NCBI GenBank assembly: GCA_964252035.1
Contig: OZ176209.1
Source: Podarcis erhardii
Taxonomy: Eukaryota
DNA: 64,000 bases
Direction: 5' to 3' (one strand)
The notes beneath the pieces were generated by a model. That model was not told the DNA's origin. It searched no databases and was given only the letters and a program-made list of their open reading frames with translations. A program made the position numbers and the translations under genes. This document shows positions 37,199 to 49,661 of this stretch, piece by piece (position 1 is the stretch's first letter; each line of letters starts with the position of its first letter).

Positions 37199-37742
37199 TA
37201 ATACTAATACTAATACTAATACTACTAATTTATAGCCCGCCCATCTGGCTGGGTTTCTCCAGCCACTCTGGGCGGCTTCCAGCAAAATATTAAAATACAA
37301 TAATTCATCAATTATTAAAAGCTTCCCTAAACAGGGCTGCCTTCAGATGTCTTCTAAAAGTCAGATAGTTGTTTATTTCCTTGACATCTGATGGAAAGGT
37401 GTTCCACAGGGTGGGTGCCACTACCGAGAAGGCCCTCTGCCTGGTTCCCTGTAACTTCACTTCTCGCAGTGAAGGAACCATCAGAAGGCCCTCAGCGCTG
37501 GACCTCAGTGTCCAGGTTGAACGATGAGGGTGGAGATGCTCCTTCAGGTATACTGGACAGAGGCCGTTTAAGGCTTTAAAGGTCAGCACCAACACTTTGA
37601 ATTGTGCCCAGAAACATACTGTGAGCCAATATAGGTCTTTCAGGACCAGTGTTATGTGGTCTCGGTGGCCACTCCCAGTCACCAATCTAGCTGCCGCATT
37701 CTGGATTAGTTGCAGTTTCTGGGTCACCTTCAAAGGTAGCCT
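37199..37742 (-). mobile_element. L2 LINE 3' part, fairly young
   Basis: ORF 37308..37847(-) contains LPLKVTQKLQLIQNAAARLVTG...RAFSVVAPTLWNTFP...HLKAALFREAF; (TAGTAT)n tail. Confidence 0.92.
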
Positions 37743-38284
37743 CATGCAGTCGTCCAAGCAAGACATACTTGTCCTCTGCCAAGTGTCTTGCCCATATATC
37801 CTTGCCTGGCAACAGAGCTCCTCCAACGAGGCATTGCAGAGAACCAAATGCCCCGGAAGATGGCTTAACTTGGACTGGAAACCAGACCTTTAAGTGTTGC
37901 GGCTCAAGACTTCTGGAATCAAATTACTAGCTGAAATTATGATATGCATCTAACATGATGGCGTTTAGGCACCTACTGAAAGCACTGTTGTTTAAGAAGG
38001 CTTTCCCTGAGGTGTGACCCAATCATTTGTGGAACTGAAATTGTACTTTGGAGACATGGTTTTAGTGTGTATTGTTTTACAGGTGGTTTTATTCAAGGCT
38101 ATTTTTCTATTTAAAAAAAAAAAGAAAAGAGGAACCAGAACTCACCATGAACACCTCCCCTATTCTTTTAAAATGGCAATGGCACCCACCGAAGAGGTGC
38201 TGGGGAACCCCGGAGAGTTCAACTGAAAAAAAACCCTCTGGTTTTATTGTTTCTTAAAACTTGGAGGGGAGGAACTAATTCAGC

Positions 38285-38375
38285 TTTTGCGCAGAGTAGA
38301 ACCAGTGAAAAGAATCTAGCTTAGTCATGTTCATTCGTCTCAATGGGCATACTCTGAGTAAAATTTAATTGATTA
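38285..38375. repeat. Ancient ~100-bp palindromic element
   Basis: cagagtagaacc...ttagtcatgttcatt...ggcatactctgagtaaaatt; same family as 14386 (opposite orientation). Confidence 0.55.
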
Positions 38376-40117
38376 CTATACTTCGTTACTTTATCTATTT
38401 TTTTTTTATCTTGCACACCTCTTCAATGGCCTGAAGCTGTGAAACGTTTTATACATTTTCAAAATAAATATAAAGTCAACAACCTTTATGGCCCTCACCC
38501 CCCGGTGTCCTAAAATCAGCAAAATAAGTTAAGAGTTTTCTCCCATTGGAGAAGATATGTGAGGCAAGCACCACAATCTCCTGCTAGTTACCCCAGTTCT
38601 TTAAAACTGTCTACTCAAGAAGCCCATGAAATCCAGCTCTTTTTTTTTAATCTTTAAGGAGAGACGGTGAAAGGCAGTTTATTTCAGAGAGAAACCTTTA
38701 GTGATATGTTTGAGTCTAATGCTTTTATGATTTTATGCAACTCGTTATATCCTGTTTTTTTCCCTCCTGCAGGCTACTATAGTCTATGTGGAATTTTGTA
38801 TATTTTTATAGTGTATGCTACATTATGTTTTTAAGAATGGAAATGAAAGATAGTTTTCTAGTCTAGGGGGATGAAAATTCAATGAAATAGTTTATATTTA
38901 CACTGTATGAAGTTGCCATTTTGCAGGTGGTCAACAACCAAATAAATGTTTATGCAGAAAGATACATGCAGCCCTTTGACAATTGCCAGTTTAAATGTGC
39001 ATTATACTGTTGGATTATTTTCCCTGTTCCAGCTTCCCACACTCTGGTTGGTTTTAAATTACGGTAGAACTGATCTACTGCCATGGTGTCATACAGAGCT
39101 ATATGCTGTCTTCTCATGAACAGCAGCAGATGGTGACAGAACGGAGCACTGCATCATTATTGGCTATCAAAAAACAAAAAAAAGGTATTTCCAATAAGCA
39201 ACAAGAATCCCACATGAAACAGCCATCCCATTGCTGTAGTGGTGTGGGAACCACACAACAAAACCTTGAAAGAAACGGGTTACTGAAAAAGGAACTATGA
39301 AACATTTCATTGACAGTGATTTTGATCAAAGCCTTCTGAGGTATACACATAAGATGAACATACCAGCATGGTTCTTTGACTATTTGTGTTTGGATTTTTT
39401 CAGGATCCTCTCTTACTACAAATGTTATTCACAGTCAATTGCTATGGATCAAACACACAGAGGCCATGGAAACTCCTTCCTGTGGGTATATGATGCTGAA
39501 AGGAGCCTATGGTCTCAAACCCCTCTAGAACCTTGGAGTCCATGTACATTTAAACCAATCAGAGGTTTTTAGATTCCTTGAGAATGCCTTGTCTCTAGTT
39601 CTGCTACATCATATCCAGCTCTTGAGAGCAGCATGAAGGAAAGCATAATCTTCTAGATGAAAGTGTGCAGGGGGGGGGATGCTGTATGCTCTCCCCAGAA
39701 TCAATCAAGCTACACTGATTGTACCAGAGAGGATCTGGACTGAATTTAAAAGGTTCAAGCCTCATGTTTCTCTTCAATGACCTTGCTGTGAACTTGTTTT
39801 GATGACAATATAGCAGGCCACAGAATGGTTAAAAGTTCTAGATGGGTACTGCTAAACTCTCTTGCTAGTTAAATGCTTTAAACTTTAAGTAAGCTAGCCT
39901 TAAGTGCATTGTTTGCGAGACTGCCATCAAGCTGGCCTTCTGTGTATTTTCTTTGTAATTTCCTTGAGATAAGCATAATTCATTTAATTGTCCCTACAAT
40001 TTCTCTTCTGATAAATAATGGATGTGATGTTGAAAATGCAGCATTTCTTAATCCTTCCTGTTGGCACATTCAGTTGTCTGTATTGATGGTTTTATAAACC
40101 AGTCTTCCAACCCAACA

Positions 40118-40119
<2 letters not shown>

Positions 40120-40174
<55 letters not shown>
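40120..40174. repeat. (CT)n(CA)n compound microsatellite
   Basis: Direct reading. Confidence 0.95.
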
Positions 40175-40371
40175 TTTATTTACAAGTTAGAGACTCATCT
40201 GCACACTAACCTTGAATTAGCTTTTCATTTTTAAAGAGAGCAGTATTGTATTGCTCACCACTCTAACATACAAACTCTTACTGATCTGACAACCTCATTT
40301 AAGATGCAATGCTTGGTTTACAAGAGTAACCTGGGAATTGATAGGCTGAGCATATAAGAATATGGTTGTTA

Positions 40372-41745
40372 GCATCCATCTGTCTCAAGAGACAACGGAG
40401 GAGGGCATCTTTGGGGGTGATGTCAAACCATTAGAGAATTACAGCACCTGTTGTGGTTGTAGAGACTGCTGCGGAAGAGACATGTTTTGTTGCAGCTAGG
40501 GCAGATGAAGGCATTCAGTTGTGCTGTTGGAAGTGCACCATGGCGTTTATTCTCTCTGCTCTCCTCCCAGTGTTCCTTCCTCCTGTGGTCACTGCTGTGG
40601 ATACACAACCTGACTGTCTGTCTCCAGGCACTTGTCCAGCTCAGTGTCAATGGAGAGGCTGCTGGTTATGGTGGAATCCAGGTAGACAAAATTGTCTACC
40701 ACCTCAAGCATATAGTCTACAATGCTGATGTGTGGAGTGCTGGTGACATCCTGACCCAGGATTTTGGACTTCGTCAGGCTGATGGTAAGGCTGAATTCCC
40801 TGCAGGCTTGGGCAAAATGGTAGATGAGTCTCTGTCTCTGTAAAGATTCCTCAGAGTGTGATGTCAAGGCTGCGTCATCTGCAAACAACCTCTCTTCAAT
40901 AAGGACCCATCAAACTTTTGTCTTGGCATGTGGACATGCCCCATCGCTCCTTGGATGAAAGCTGAAAGCATAGGAGAATAACAGGGAGAAGAATATGCCA
41001 AAGAGAGTTGGGGCAAGAACACAGCCCTGTTTCACACTGCTCTTTATACGGAACGCGTCCGAGGATGAGCCATCATATTGGACGGTGCCACCATGTTCTT
41101 GTGGAAGTACATGATTATCTTGTGAAGTTTAGGTAGTCATTCTATCTTGTTGAACAGTATGAAGAGTTCTTTTTGGCTGACCAGTTCAAAGGTCTTCATC
41201 AGATCTATGAAGGCAATGTACAAGGAGTCTCTCTGCTCTTGGCATTTCTCCTGCAGCTGAAGGACTGAGAAAATCATTTCAACTCTTGACCACTGTGCTC
41301 TAAAGCTGCACTGTGACTCAGGATAGACCCTGTCAGCAAGCGACTGTAATCTGTTGAGAACTACATGGGTGAAGGCTTTCCCCACAGAACTCAGCAGGGA
41401 GATTCCACAGTAGTTGTTGCAGTCATGGCAATTACCTTTGTTCTGGTAGAAGGAGACAATGCTGGAGTCATGCGTGTCTTGTGGTATGGATCCTTGTTCC
41501 CAACACTACAAGAGGAGGCCATGGAGGTGCGTTGTGAAGGAGGAATTGAAGCTGGCTTTTAGCACTTTTGTTGAGATTCCATCCTGTTCAGGGGCTTTAC
41601 CACATGCCTGAGAGTTGATGTCATTCTTCAGTTTATCAAGAGAGGGAGTACACCCAGCTCTACCAAGACAGAGTCTAGACACTGTCAATTGCTGTGTCAG
41701 AGACCATGTTTTCCCGCAAGTACACTTGAGAAGGTCCCAAGTCAT
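40372..41745 (-). mobile_element. Decayed RTE-clade LINE (non-BovB), RT region to 3' end
   Basis: Minus-strand ORF pieces GKAFTHVVLNRLQSLADRVYPESQCSFR...FIDLMKTF and FADDAALTSHSEE...LTISLTKSK; 3' end gtctcttgagacagatggatgc; frameshifts and an internal deletion. Confidence 0.9.
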
Positions 41746-41944
41746 ACCCCAGGATATCTAGGTAGGGATCGGAGAGACCCCATCTGAAATATTTTGGAGA
41801 GCAGCTGTGAGTGTAGGCAAAAAAATTAAGCTAATTCACTAAATTTATTTCTGTTGTCTGTGAACTTCCATTGCCTTTTAGCCTACTTTATTTTAACAAT
41901 GACTATGACATTTTTGAATTTGTTACATATTTCAATTCATGTAT

Positions 41945-42075
41945 AGATTAGATAAATTTATTGTCATTGTCCGTATATACACAGTATACACAACAACGAA
42001 AATCAAGCACCCAAGACCGGATTCACATACACATTTGCACGTATCTCCAACACTCTCATCCTATTCAGACATAAT
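41945..42075 (-). mobile_element. Short LINE 3' tip (Rex1/Babar-like, tentative)
   Basis: Reverse complement ends ...tatacggacaatgacaataaatttatctaatct, a tail type I associate with Rex/Babar-like LINEs. Confidence 0.35.
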
Positions 42076-43947
42076 CTATATTGTTCACATGTAATTTATA
42101 TATATGATGAACACATGGCACCAGGGCAAAAAGTGACAGACATACTGCCTGAGCTCTGTTGAAAATTTGTGAGATTTTGTTTGTATTGTCTTAAGTATAC
42201 ATTACCAGTCACATATACAGTTTTATTTTTATTTTTAAAAACTGCTTCAATCTTTACCCCGAACTACAACAGTTGTACTGGACCAAAAAAAGCCAAACAG
42301 AACACAACACACTTAGGTCACTAATAGTTTTAAATGACAGAAATAAGCAGAACAAAATGCTGCTTAAGTTTCCCTTTATACACATACACACCACTCTAAT
42401 CTCTCTCATTCTCTCTCTCACACACACAATAAAACTGCCCCAGTAGTAGGTCATGATTACTTAGGTAGAAGGTCTAATACTGCAAAATACCAAATACTTG
42501 CCACAAGGCACGACATACACCTTCAAATGTTAATACTGAAAAGGCTCAGCACTACAGCACGATCAGGCCCACAATAATAAGAGAATCAGCCCTTGGGGGA
42601 AATACGTGCATGAGAAATTCTCCGCTCTGATTGTGAAAACAAAACAGGGTTACCTCAGTGAGAACAGCAAGAATATTAATGGACCTAGAGGGGGCTGGTT
42701 TCTTGAGGCTAGAAGCAAGTCTGAGGGAAAAGACACACAATCTGGCCTGAAAAAGCAAAATCCATTAACCATGAAATAGGGAAACAACAAGAACAAAAGA
42801 AACCCACACTTTTCACATAAGCTACTACCCAAAAAAATCCATTCAATCAAAGGTGCGGCAGGGAACACCACAAAGTAAGCAGATTGCATGACTGGGGTGG
42901 CGGGGGGGTTCCTTTAAACCCTGCAATTGGAAGTGATCAAAATTCTTTAAAACTACACAATTGGATAAAGAACTTTATGATGGGAGCAAATGTGCCTTGT
43001 GCCCATCCCCAGAAGCTTCTGCTTGCCTAAGGAAATCTCAGATGACTGGGAGAAAAATCACTTCACCCCGAGAGAAAGGATTCCAGCCCATTTCTTGCCC
43101 CCCCCCCCCCGGCCCAGTGGCTTGCATGTCAAAGTGTAAGGAGAATTTTAAAAAGAAACTTTACAAAGGCAAATTAAAGCTCTAAAGATTATAAATAAGA
43201 AGGGGAAATGGAAGTACTGAATCAATTAGAGTACTATTCATATCTCAGGACTCCCTTCTGAAAAAGATCAAGGCCTCAGCTAGAGATCAAAGTGATTAGC
43301 TGACTAACCAGCAGCCAACAGAGATGCAGATAAGAAGTGGCAGGTTACACACACATCCAAACTGGCAAAACAGAAGCTTTCCACGGCTCAAAAGGGGGGA
43401 AAGCTGCACAATCCAAGTTCCAGTATATGCATACACTGACAAGTATTATGAGCAAGGCTTTAAAACGTATGGACCGTAATCAACAGAGCACATACCCACA
43501 TAAGCAATTGTGAATGGTTTCAGCCAAAATTGAAAAATGTTGTATGCTTCCTGTTTAACTTGAGGGCTATTAATCAGGCAACTTACCATATAGGAAATAC
43601 TTAGATGTTTATGACTGTGAAAATCACCTGCAGCACATTTTATCATTCAAACTACACTTCCCATAGGAGAACCTTCAATACCTGAGATATATTTCTTTAT
43701 ATGGGGAGGGGGAGTTCTTCATGATATGCTTAACAGATTTATATTCAATTTTAATTCATTTTCATGCAATGTATTTTCTATTATAATCAATGAGATTATA
43801 ATATTGGGCCAAAAGCCCAATTACTCTAGCACCCCCATTTTCCATACGGACCAATCAAATGCCTTCAGGAAGCCCACAATTAGGACATGATTGCACTTGA
43901 TTTCTCCAGCAACGGATATTCAGAGGCACAATTCCTTCATTACTGCT

Positions 43948-44372
43948 GGCATCCATCTGTCTTCTTGAGAGACAATGGAGAGCACCTCTGGGGGTGAAGT
44001 CAAACCGCTGCATTAGCAGCACTGAAGTGACCGCCCTGGGTCACGAGCCTTGGCAGTGTGCATGGAAGTCCTGGGCTGTTGAGATGACAAGATTAGCATA
44101 GGGCAGGGGTAGGCAACCTAAGGCCGGTGGGCTAGATGCGGCCCAATCGCCTTCTCAATCTGGCCCATGGACTGTCTAGGAATCAGCGTGTTTCTACATG
44201 AGTAGAATGTGTCCTTTTATTTAAAATGCATCTCTGGTTTATTTGTGGGGCAAAGGAATTCGTTCAATTATTTTTTTTCAAAATATAGTCCGGCCCACCA
44301 CATGGTCTGAGGGCCGAGGGACCCGCCCACGGCTGAAAAAGGTTGCTGACCCCGGTGTAGGGTTTACTCCTT
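43948..44372 (-). mobile_element. Non-autonomous RTE-derived element split by a hAT MITE
   Basis: Begins with the RTE 3' end ggcatccatctgtc...gagacaatggag...gggggtgaagtcaaacc; resumes after the MITE at gtgtagggtttactccttagcc. Confidence 0.6.
44104..44355. mobile_element. hAT Charlie-type MITE resembling OposCharlie1 (OC1)-related non-autonomous elements
   Basis: TIRs CAGGGGTAGGCAACCT...AGGTTGCTGACCCCGG; internal ggaattcgttca...aaaatatagtccggccc...ggtctgaggg; TSD GCATAGGG/GTGTAGGG (6/8; boundary ambiguous by 1 bp). Confidence 0.8.
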
Positions 44373-44399
44373 AGCCCCAGAGAGGTCACTTTGATGTGG

Positions 44400-44543
44400 C
44401 TAACGCAGCGAAAACAACATGAGAGGCAGCAATTATGAGTTACTGGTCTCTGCAGCAACAGCACGCACTATGATTCTCCAATGGTTTGACTTCACCCCCA
44501 GAGGCACACTCCATTGTCTCTTGAGATAGACATGTGCCAACAA
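44400..44543 (+). mobile_element. RTE LINE 3' end
   Basis: ggtctctgcagc...tctccaatggtttgacttcacccccagaggcacactccattgtctcttgagatagac aligns to the reverse complement of 40372-40470. Confidence 0.75.
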
Positions 44544-44559
44544 ATGTCCCTCTTATTTG

Positions 44560-44750
44560 CCTTTGTCTAAACCAAATAAGCCTTAAAAGTTTGTACCCAT
44601 TCCTTATTATGGGGAATTGCACCAACACCCCAATCATTTTGGTTATCCTTATCAGCACCTTTTCCAACTCTACAGTATATTTTTTGAGGGGAAGAACTGT
44701 ATATATTCCAAGTGCAGTTGTATAATAGATTTTTAGAAAGGCATTATGAT
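44560..44750 (-). mobile_element. Old CR1 fragment
   Basis: ORF 44440..44667(-) starts MEKVLIRITKMIGVL, matching the CR1 motif LEKVQKRATKMIKGL. Confidence 0.7.
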
Positions 44751-45215
44751 CGCTTCCTTCTGACTAGCTATGATCATTCTTCTTCCTGCATTCTTGTGGA
44801 CATAATGCTTTTGTTGTTTCAGCTGTATCCTTAACTATACATGTAAACATGGCCCAGGAGAAATGAGTCCCTGCATTACAAGCAGAAATGTAGAAAAGAC
44901 ACGTTCACTGTTGGGCTAAAACCTTGGAGAATACATCCATATAGGACGAGTCACCCAATTTTCATGCAATTGTGCATCCCAGCCAGTAGCTTTTGCTTGC
45001 CCACACTAACTCTTGAACATTTTTAAAGGCTTTTACACATGAGAATTGTTGCTCTTAGGTCCACCCAAAGCATGGATGCTTGTTTCGGTTTCCTTCTCTA
45101 GACCACTCAGCATTTTACCTTACTTACCATGACCATTTATTTATTTACTACTTATCTTTCTGCTGTAATTATACCTCTGTGGGTAACAGGGGTATAGGAC
45201 ACAGAACAACCCAGA

Positions 45216-45306
45216 TGGTATTCAACTAAATTTTATTCAGAACAGACCTACTGAAATTAGTATGTGTCTAATGTATCTGCTCTGAGTAAAGCTTCATTGA
45301 ATACCA
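45216..45306. repeat. Ancient palindromic element
   Basis: Perfect 10-bp terminal inverted repeat TGGTATTCAA...TTGAATACCA with inner arms ttcagaacagac/tatctgctctga. Confidence 0.6.
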
Positions 45307-46213
45307 ATGTGTACTTTAAAAATAATATATTAGAAGCAGTTTCCTGTGAGATGGGAGGCAAGTCAATGGTTATGCAGTCCTAGTCTAGGAACATGGACAA
45401 CACTGTTATAACCTTCCAAAAAGTGTGAAAGGGGGAAGAGAACCAAGCCAATGGCTGCTGATGCTGCAAAGGTTTTTAAGGTTCAATCCACAGAACAGCT
45501 TTGCTGTAAGTTTCTTCATTGCCTACAATGAATGGGGAAGGTGGAAATCTTCTACAAATGGAAGTGTGAAGACAGAGCTAACATTGCATATACATTGCAA
45601 GTTTGCAGATGAGCCTGGCTCCTTTCCTGGAGGAAAAGGCTGACAAATGTCAAACATAGATTCATTTAGACAGAATCTCAAAAACCTATGCCACAGAAAA
45701 CTTCATCAAGGAAGAAGAATCAAGAATATTTTGTGATTCCATGATGGCAAGGAATACAATAAACTACGATTTAAAAAGCAGTCAGATTCCTATTTGCAGA
45801 ATTTTCAAATGTTATGGTTGCATGCATTACTTTTTATGCAAGTGGCTAATACAAAGGACTTCACCTATCCAAAAAAATCACTCCAGCTCCCAACACAATA
45901 CAGTATGCTGCTTTCCTTTGAAGAACAACATATCATGCCCACCTTAACAGACTTTTCCATTCCTAAACTGATGGGGAAAGACTGAAGCTATTCCCCCGCT
46001 TACTTTCACATTCTTCACTGTTTGGCAGGGTCTCTAACAGCTTCATTAGTTACTTTCTTAACACTTCCTTATAATCTAGGAAAACACTGCGTCTCAGGAG
46101 GCACACCCAGGCTGCAGACTATTAGACTGAACTTTGAAAGAGGCAGTGAACAATCTGCAGCCATGCCTTGAGTCTTCGAGATTAATCCCAGGATGCAATT
46201 TAAAAGAAAAATA

Positions 46214-46405
46214 CAGTGATACTTTGGTTTATAACCATAATCTGTTCCAGAGGTCCGGTTGTAAACCAAAACAGGTTGTAACCCAAGGCGCGCTTTTGCC
46301 AGTGGGGCCTCCCCAAAAAACTGGTTGTAATCCAAAAAAAGGGACACACACTTCCGGGTTTCACGTGGTTGTAATCCAAAACGGCTGCAAACCAAGGTAC
46401 CACTG
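46214..46405. mobile_element. Tigger/pogo-type MITE, second subfamily
   Basis: CAGTGATACTTTGGTTT...AAACCAAGGTACCACTG with TA on both sides; interior differs from the 9909 family. Confidence 0.8.
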
Positions 46406-48064
46406 TACAACTATTTGGTGTCCCCAACCAGGTAAGTGGAAGGTTCAAGTCCTAACCAATATAAATGGACAAACAACAAGAGTTAATTAGTGAATGGATT
46501 GATATAAATAGTCAGATAATTAAGGGAACACAATATCTAACTGATTAAGTCAGAAGATAACATTTCATGTGCACTATTGTGTTCCATCACAGTCTGCTTA
46601 ATGGCTGTGTGGTTTACATTTAGAGGCCACAGTTTCACTTTGTGTACTCACGTTTGGTGCTGCTGAACTCATATGAAATTGTTATGGGTTCAAAAAGAGA
46701 GATGATCCCACATGTTTATAATGCAAAAAACCCTTTTATAATTAAGTATTTAAGATCACTTTTACATGTCAGATTACAAAATACCAGCTCAAGAGACCCA
46801 GACTTAGGCCAAGCCCTACTCCTGACACGCATCAGAGTAGCAAGGGAAAAAATCCAAGGTGTTTCCTCAAAACCAGTTTAACAATTAGCCTCATTCTGAA
46901 CCAATCAAAATTTGGTTCTCATGTGAGCTCTATTCTACCTGATTCCCCAAAACACCTAAGCTGCAGCAACTCTTTGGAAAGGTACATTTCCAAAGGGCCA
47001 CCAAGCTCCAAAGAGAGAAAGACTTCTCTCTCTCTCTCCCTTTTCTTGCAACGGATGCAATATTGCTTTTTCCATTACTGGTACAGTCAGATATGCACAC
47101 ACTGCAGTCCTGTAATAAGGAAGGTGTTTGAAAAACAGAATACATTGATTATTTAATAACAATTACAGAAATGAAATAAGAGTCTTAAATCAGTAAGTCC
47201 TTTTTCTACATTCGATTTGTGAACAAGTTCTTCTTGGTCACAATATTTCAACTAGCAGTGCATTGCCAGCTGTAAGCTTCAAGCCACATTCTCCAAATAC
47301 ACAAGTGGATTCCTATGAGTTATGTCGCTGTATCTTTATTATTATCATTCTAACTTGCCCAGCCATAACCTCAATACTCTTAGGAGCATATATGGATTGC
47401 CATAATTAAAAATGTGGCAGGTATTAATGAGAAATCCTAATGTCTTCTGTATTTCAAGAATTTGGACCTTTATTTCTAGAGAAACACATTTCTCTGTGAA
47501 AAAGAAAGGAAATAGAATACAGGTTCCTTTTTACATAAAAAAACAGAGATATAGTTAAAAATTTAGGCAGCAAAAAGGAACAGCAATTATTACAATAAGG
47601 GAAAAGGGAAGGTGGCTGATTACAGTCATGGGGTAACCTTGTCGGACAATTAGTGTAAAACATCCTAAGGACAAGCTAACTGTTAAGAGAACTGGGATGT
47701 ACATATTACATAGTCCAATCAGAGTCAGTCAATAAATAAATGTGTGTGTTAGGGGTATTGTAAGTTGAGTGGTTAGTGGCCATAACAACCAATCATTATG
47801 CACATTCACCAGGATTCATGGGGGATATACACATAATGTGTCCATGCAGAGGGGTGCACGTTTCCCAGTCATTATGCACAATTTCCAACAAGCTTTAGGA
47901 AACGTGCAATCTGCCCCCACCAGGCTGTTCCTGGATCTCTGCCTAATCTTACATGGCCCATTACACACTCTCCCACTGATCAGCTGAGCAGCTGAAAGAT
48001 GAGCTGGGGCTCCAGATAAATATTAATGCTTTTTATGCAGTCCAGCCTCCTTTTCACCACTCTC

Positions 48065-49356
48065 TTTCCTTTTCTCAATAGATTTTTATTGAGATTTTAA
48101 AGTTTACAAAAAGAAAAAACAAAGAACATATTTAAACAGAAAAAAATACAGAGCAATACAAAAACAAGGGGGGGAAAACAGAAAAAAGATGCAGATAATT
48201 AAAAAAAAAACCAAATCAATCCTTTACATAACTTTCTTTCCTTTGCTTTTTTCCTTGACCTCCTCACACATCCCTTTTTTGTATTCTAATTCAATTAGAT
48301 ATTTCAGCAAATCCTTTCCATCTTTATTTCTATCCTAATGATTTATCTTAATATACTATGATTTTACGTTCTGTTCTTTCACCAATTAACAATCCATTTT
48401 TACTTAATCCTTTATATCATTTCTGCTAAAACCACATTACTTCATTCCAACATCCTTCTAACATTCCTTAATTTTACAATGTTTCTGTAGATAAACTTTA
48501 AATTTCTTCCAATCTTCTTCCACCAACTCTTCTCCTTGGTCTCAGATTCTGCCAGTCATTTCCACCAGTTCCATATAGTCCATCACCTTCATCTGCCATT
48601 CTTCCCGGGTGGGTAAATCTTGTGTCTTCCAGTACTTTGCAATAAGTATTCTTGCTGCTGTTGTGGCATACATAAAGAAAATTCTATCCTTCTTTGACAC
48701 CAATTGGCCGACCATGCCCAGGAGAAAGGCCTCTGGTTTCTTCTGAAAGGTATATTTAAATACCTTTTTTATTTCATTATAAATCATCTCCCAGAAAGTC
48801 TTAATCCTTGGGCATGTCCACCAAAGGTGAAAGAATGTACCTTCAATCTCTTTACACTTCCAACATTTATTATCGGGCAAATGATAAATTTTTGCAAGCT
48901 TGACTGGCGTCATGTACCACCTGTAGATCATTTTCATTATATTCTCTCTTAAGGCATTACATGCCGTAAACTTCATACCTGTGGTCCATAATTGTTCCCA
49001 GTCAGCCATCATAATGTTATGTCCAACATCTTGTGCCCATTTAATCATAGCAGATTTCACCGTTTCATCCTGAGTATTCCATTTCAACAGCAAGTTATAC
49101 ATTCTTGACAAATTCTTAATTTTAGGGTCTAACAGTTCTATTTCCAATTTTGATTTTTCCACCTGAAAGCCAATTTTCTTATCCAAATTATAAGCCTCCA
49201 TTATTTGGTAATAATGAAGCCAATCTCGCACTTTGTTTTTTAGTTTTTCAAAACTCTGCAGCTTTAATCTGTCTCCTTCTTGTTCCAAAATGTCCCAATA
49301 TTTCGGTCAATTGGCCTCCATATTGAGCTTTTTCTGAGCCTTTGCTTCCATTGGTG
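48065..49356 (-). mobile_element. L1 LINE 3' fragment (ORF2 C-terminus plus 3' UTR)
   Basis: ORF 48542..49288(-), 248 aa, with zinc knuckle CWKCKEIEGTFFHLWWTC; one premature TGA, then DQGEELVEEDWKKFKVYLQKHCKIKEC*; exact 16-bp TSD CCTTTTCACCACTCTC at 48049-48064 and 49357-49372. Confidence 0.95.
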
Positions 49357-49410
49357 CCTTTTCACCACTCTCAACCTTTCCCAGGCAGCTGAGCAGCACA
49401 AGGGGGATAG

Positions 49411-49661
49411 GAAGCCAGTGTGGTGTAGTGGCTAAGAGTGGTAGACTCATAATCTGGTGAACCAGGTTCGCATCTCTGCTCCTCCACATGCAGCTGCTGG
49501 GTGACCTTGGGCTAGTCACACTTCTTTGAAGTCTCTCAGCCTCACTCACCTCACAGAGTGTTTGTTGTGGGGGAGGAAGGGAAAGGAGAATGTTAGCCGC
49601 TTTGAGACTCCTTAGGGTAGTGATAAAGCGGGATATCAAATCCAAACTCCTCTTCTTCTTC
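49411..49661 (+). mobile_element. Squam3-like CORE SINE
   Basis: gccagtgtggtgtagtggctaagag...gctgggtgaccttgggctagtcac...gcgggatatcaaatccaaactc(ctt)n. Confidence 0.92.
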
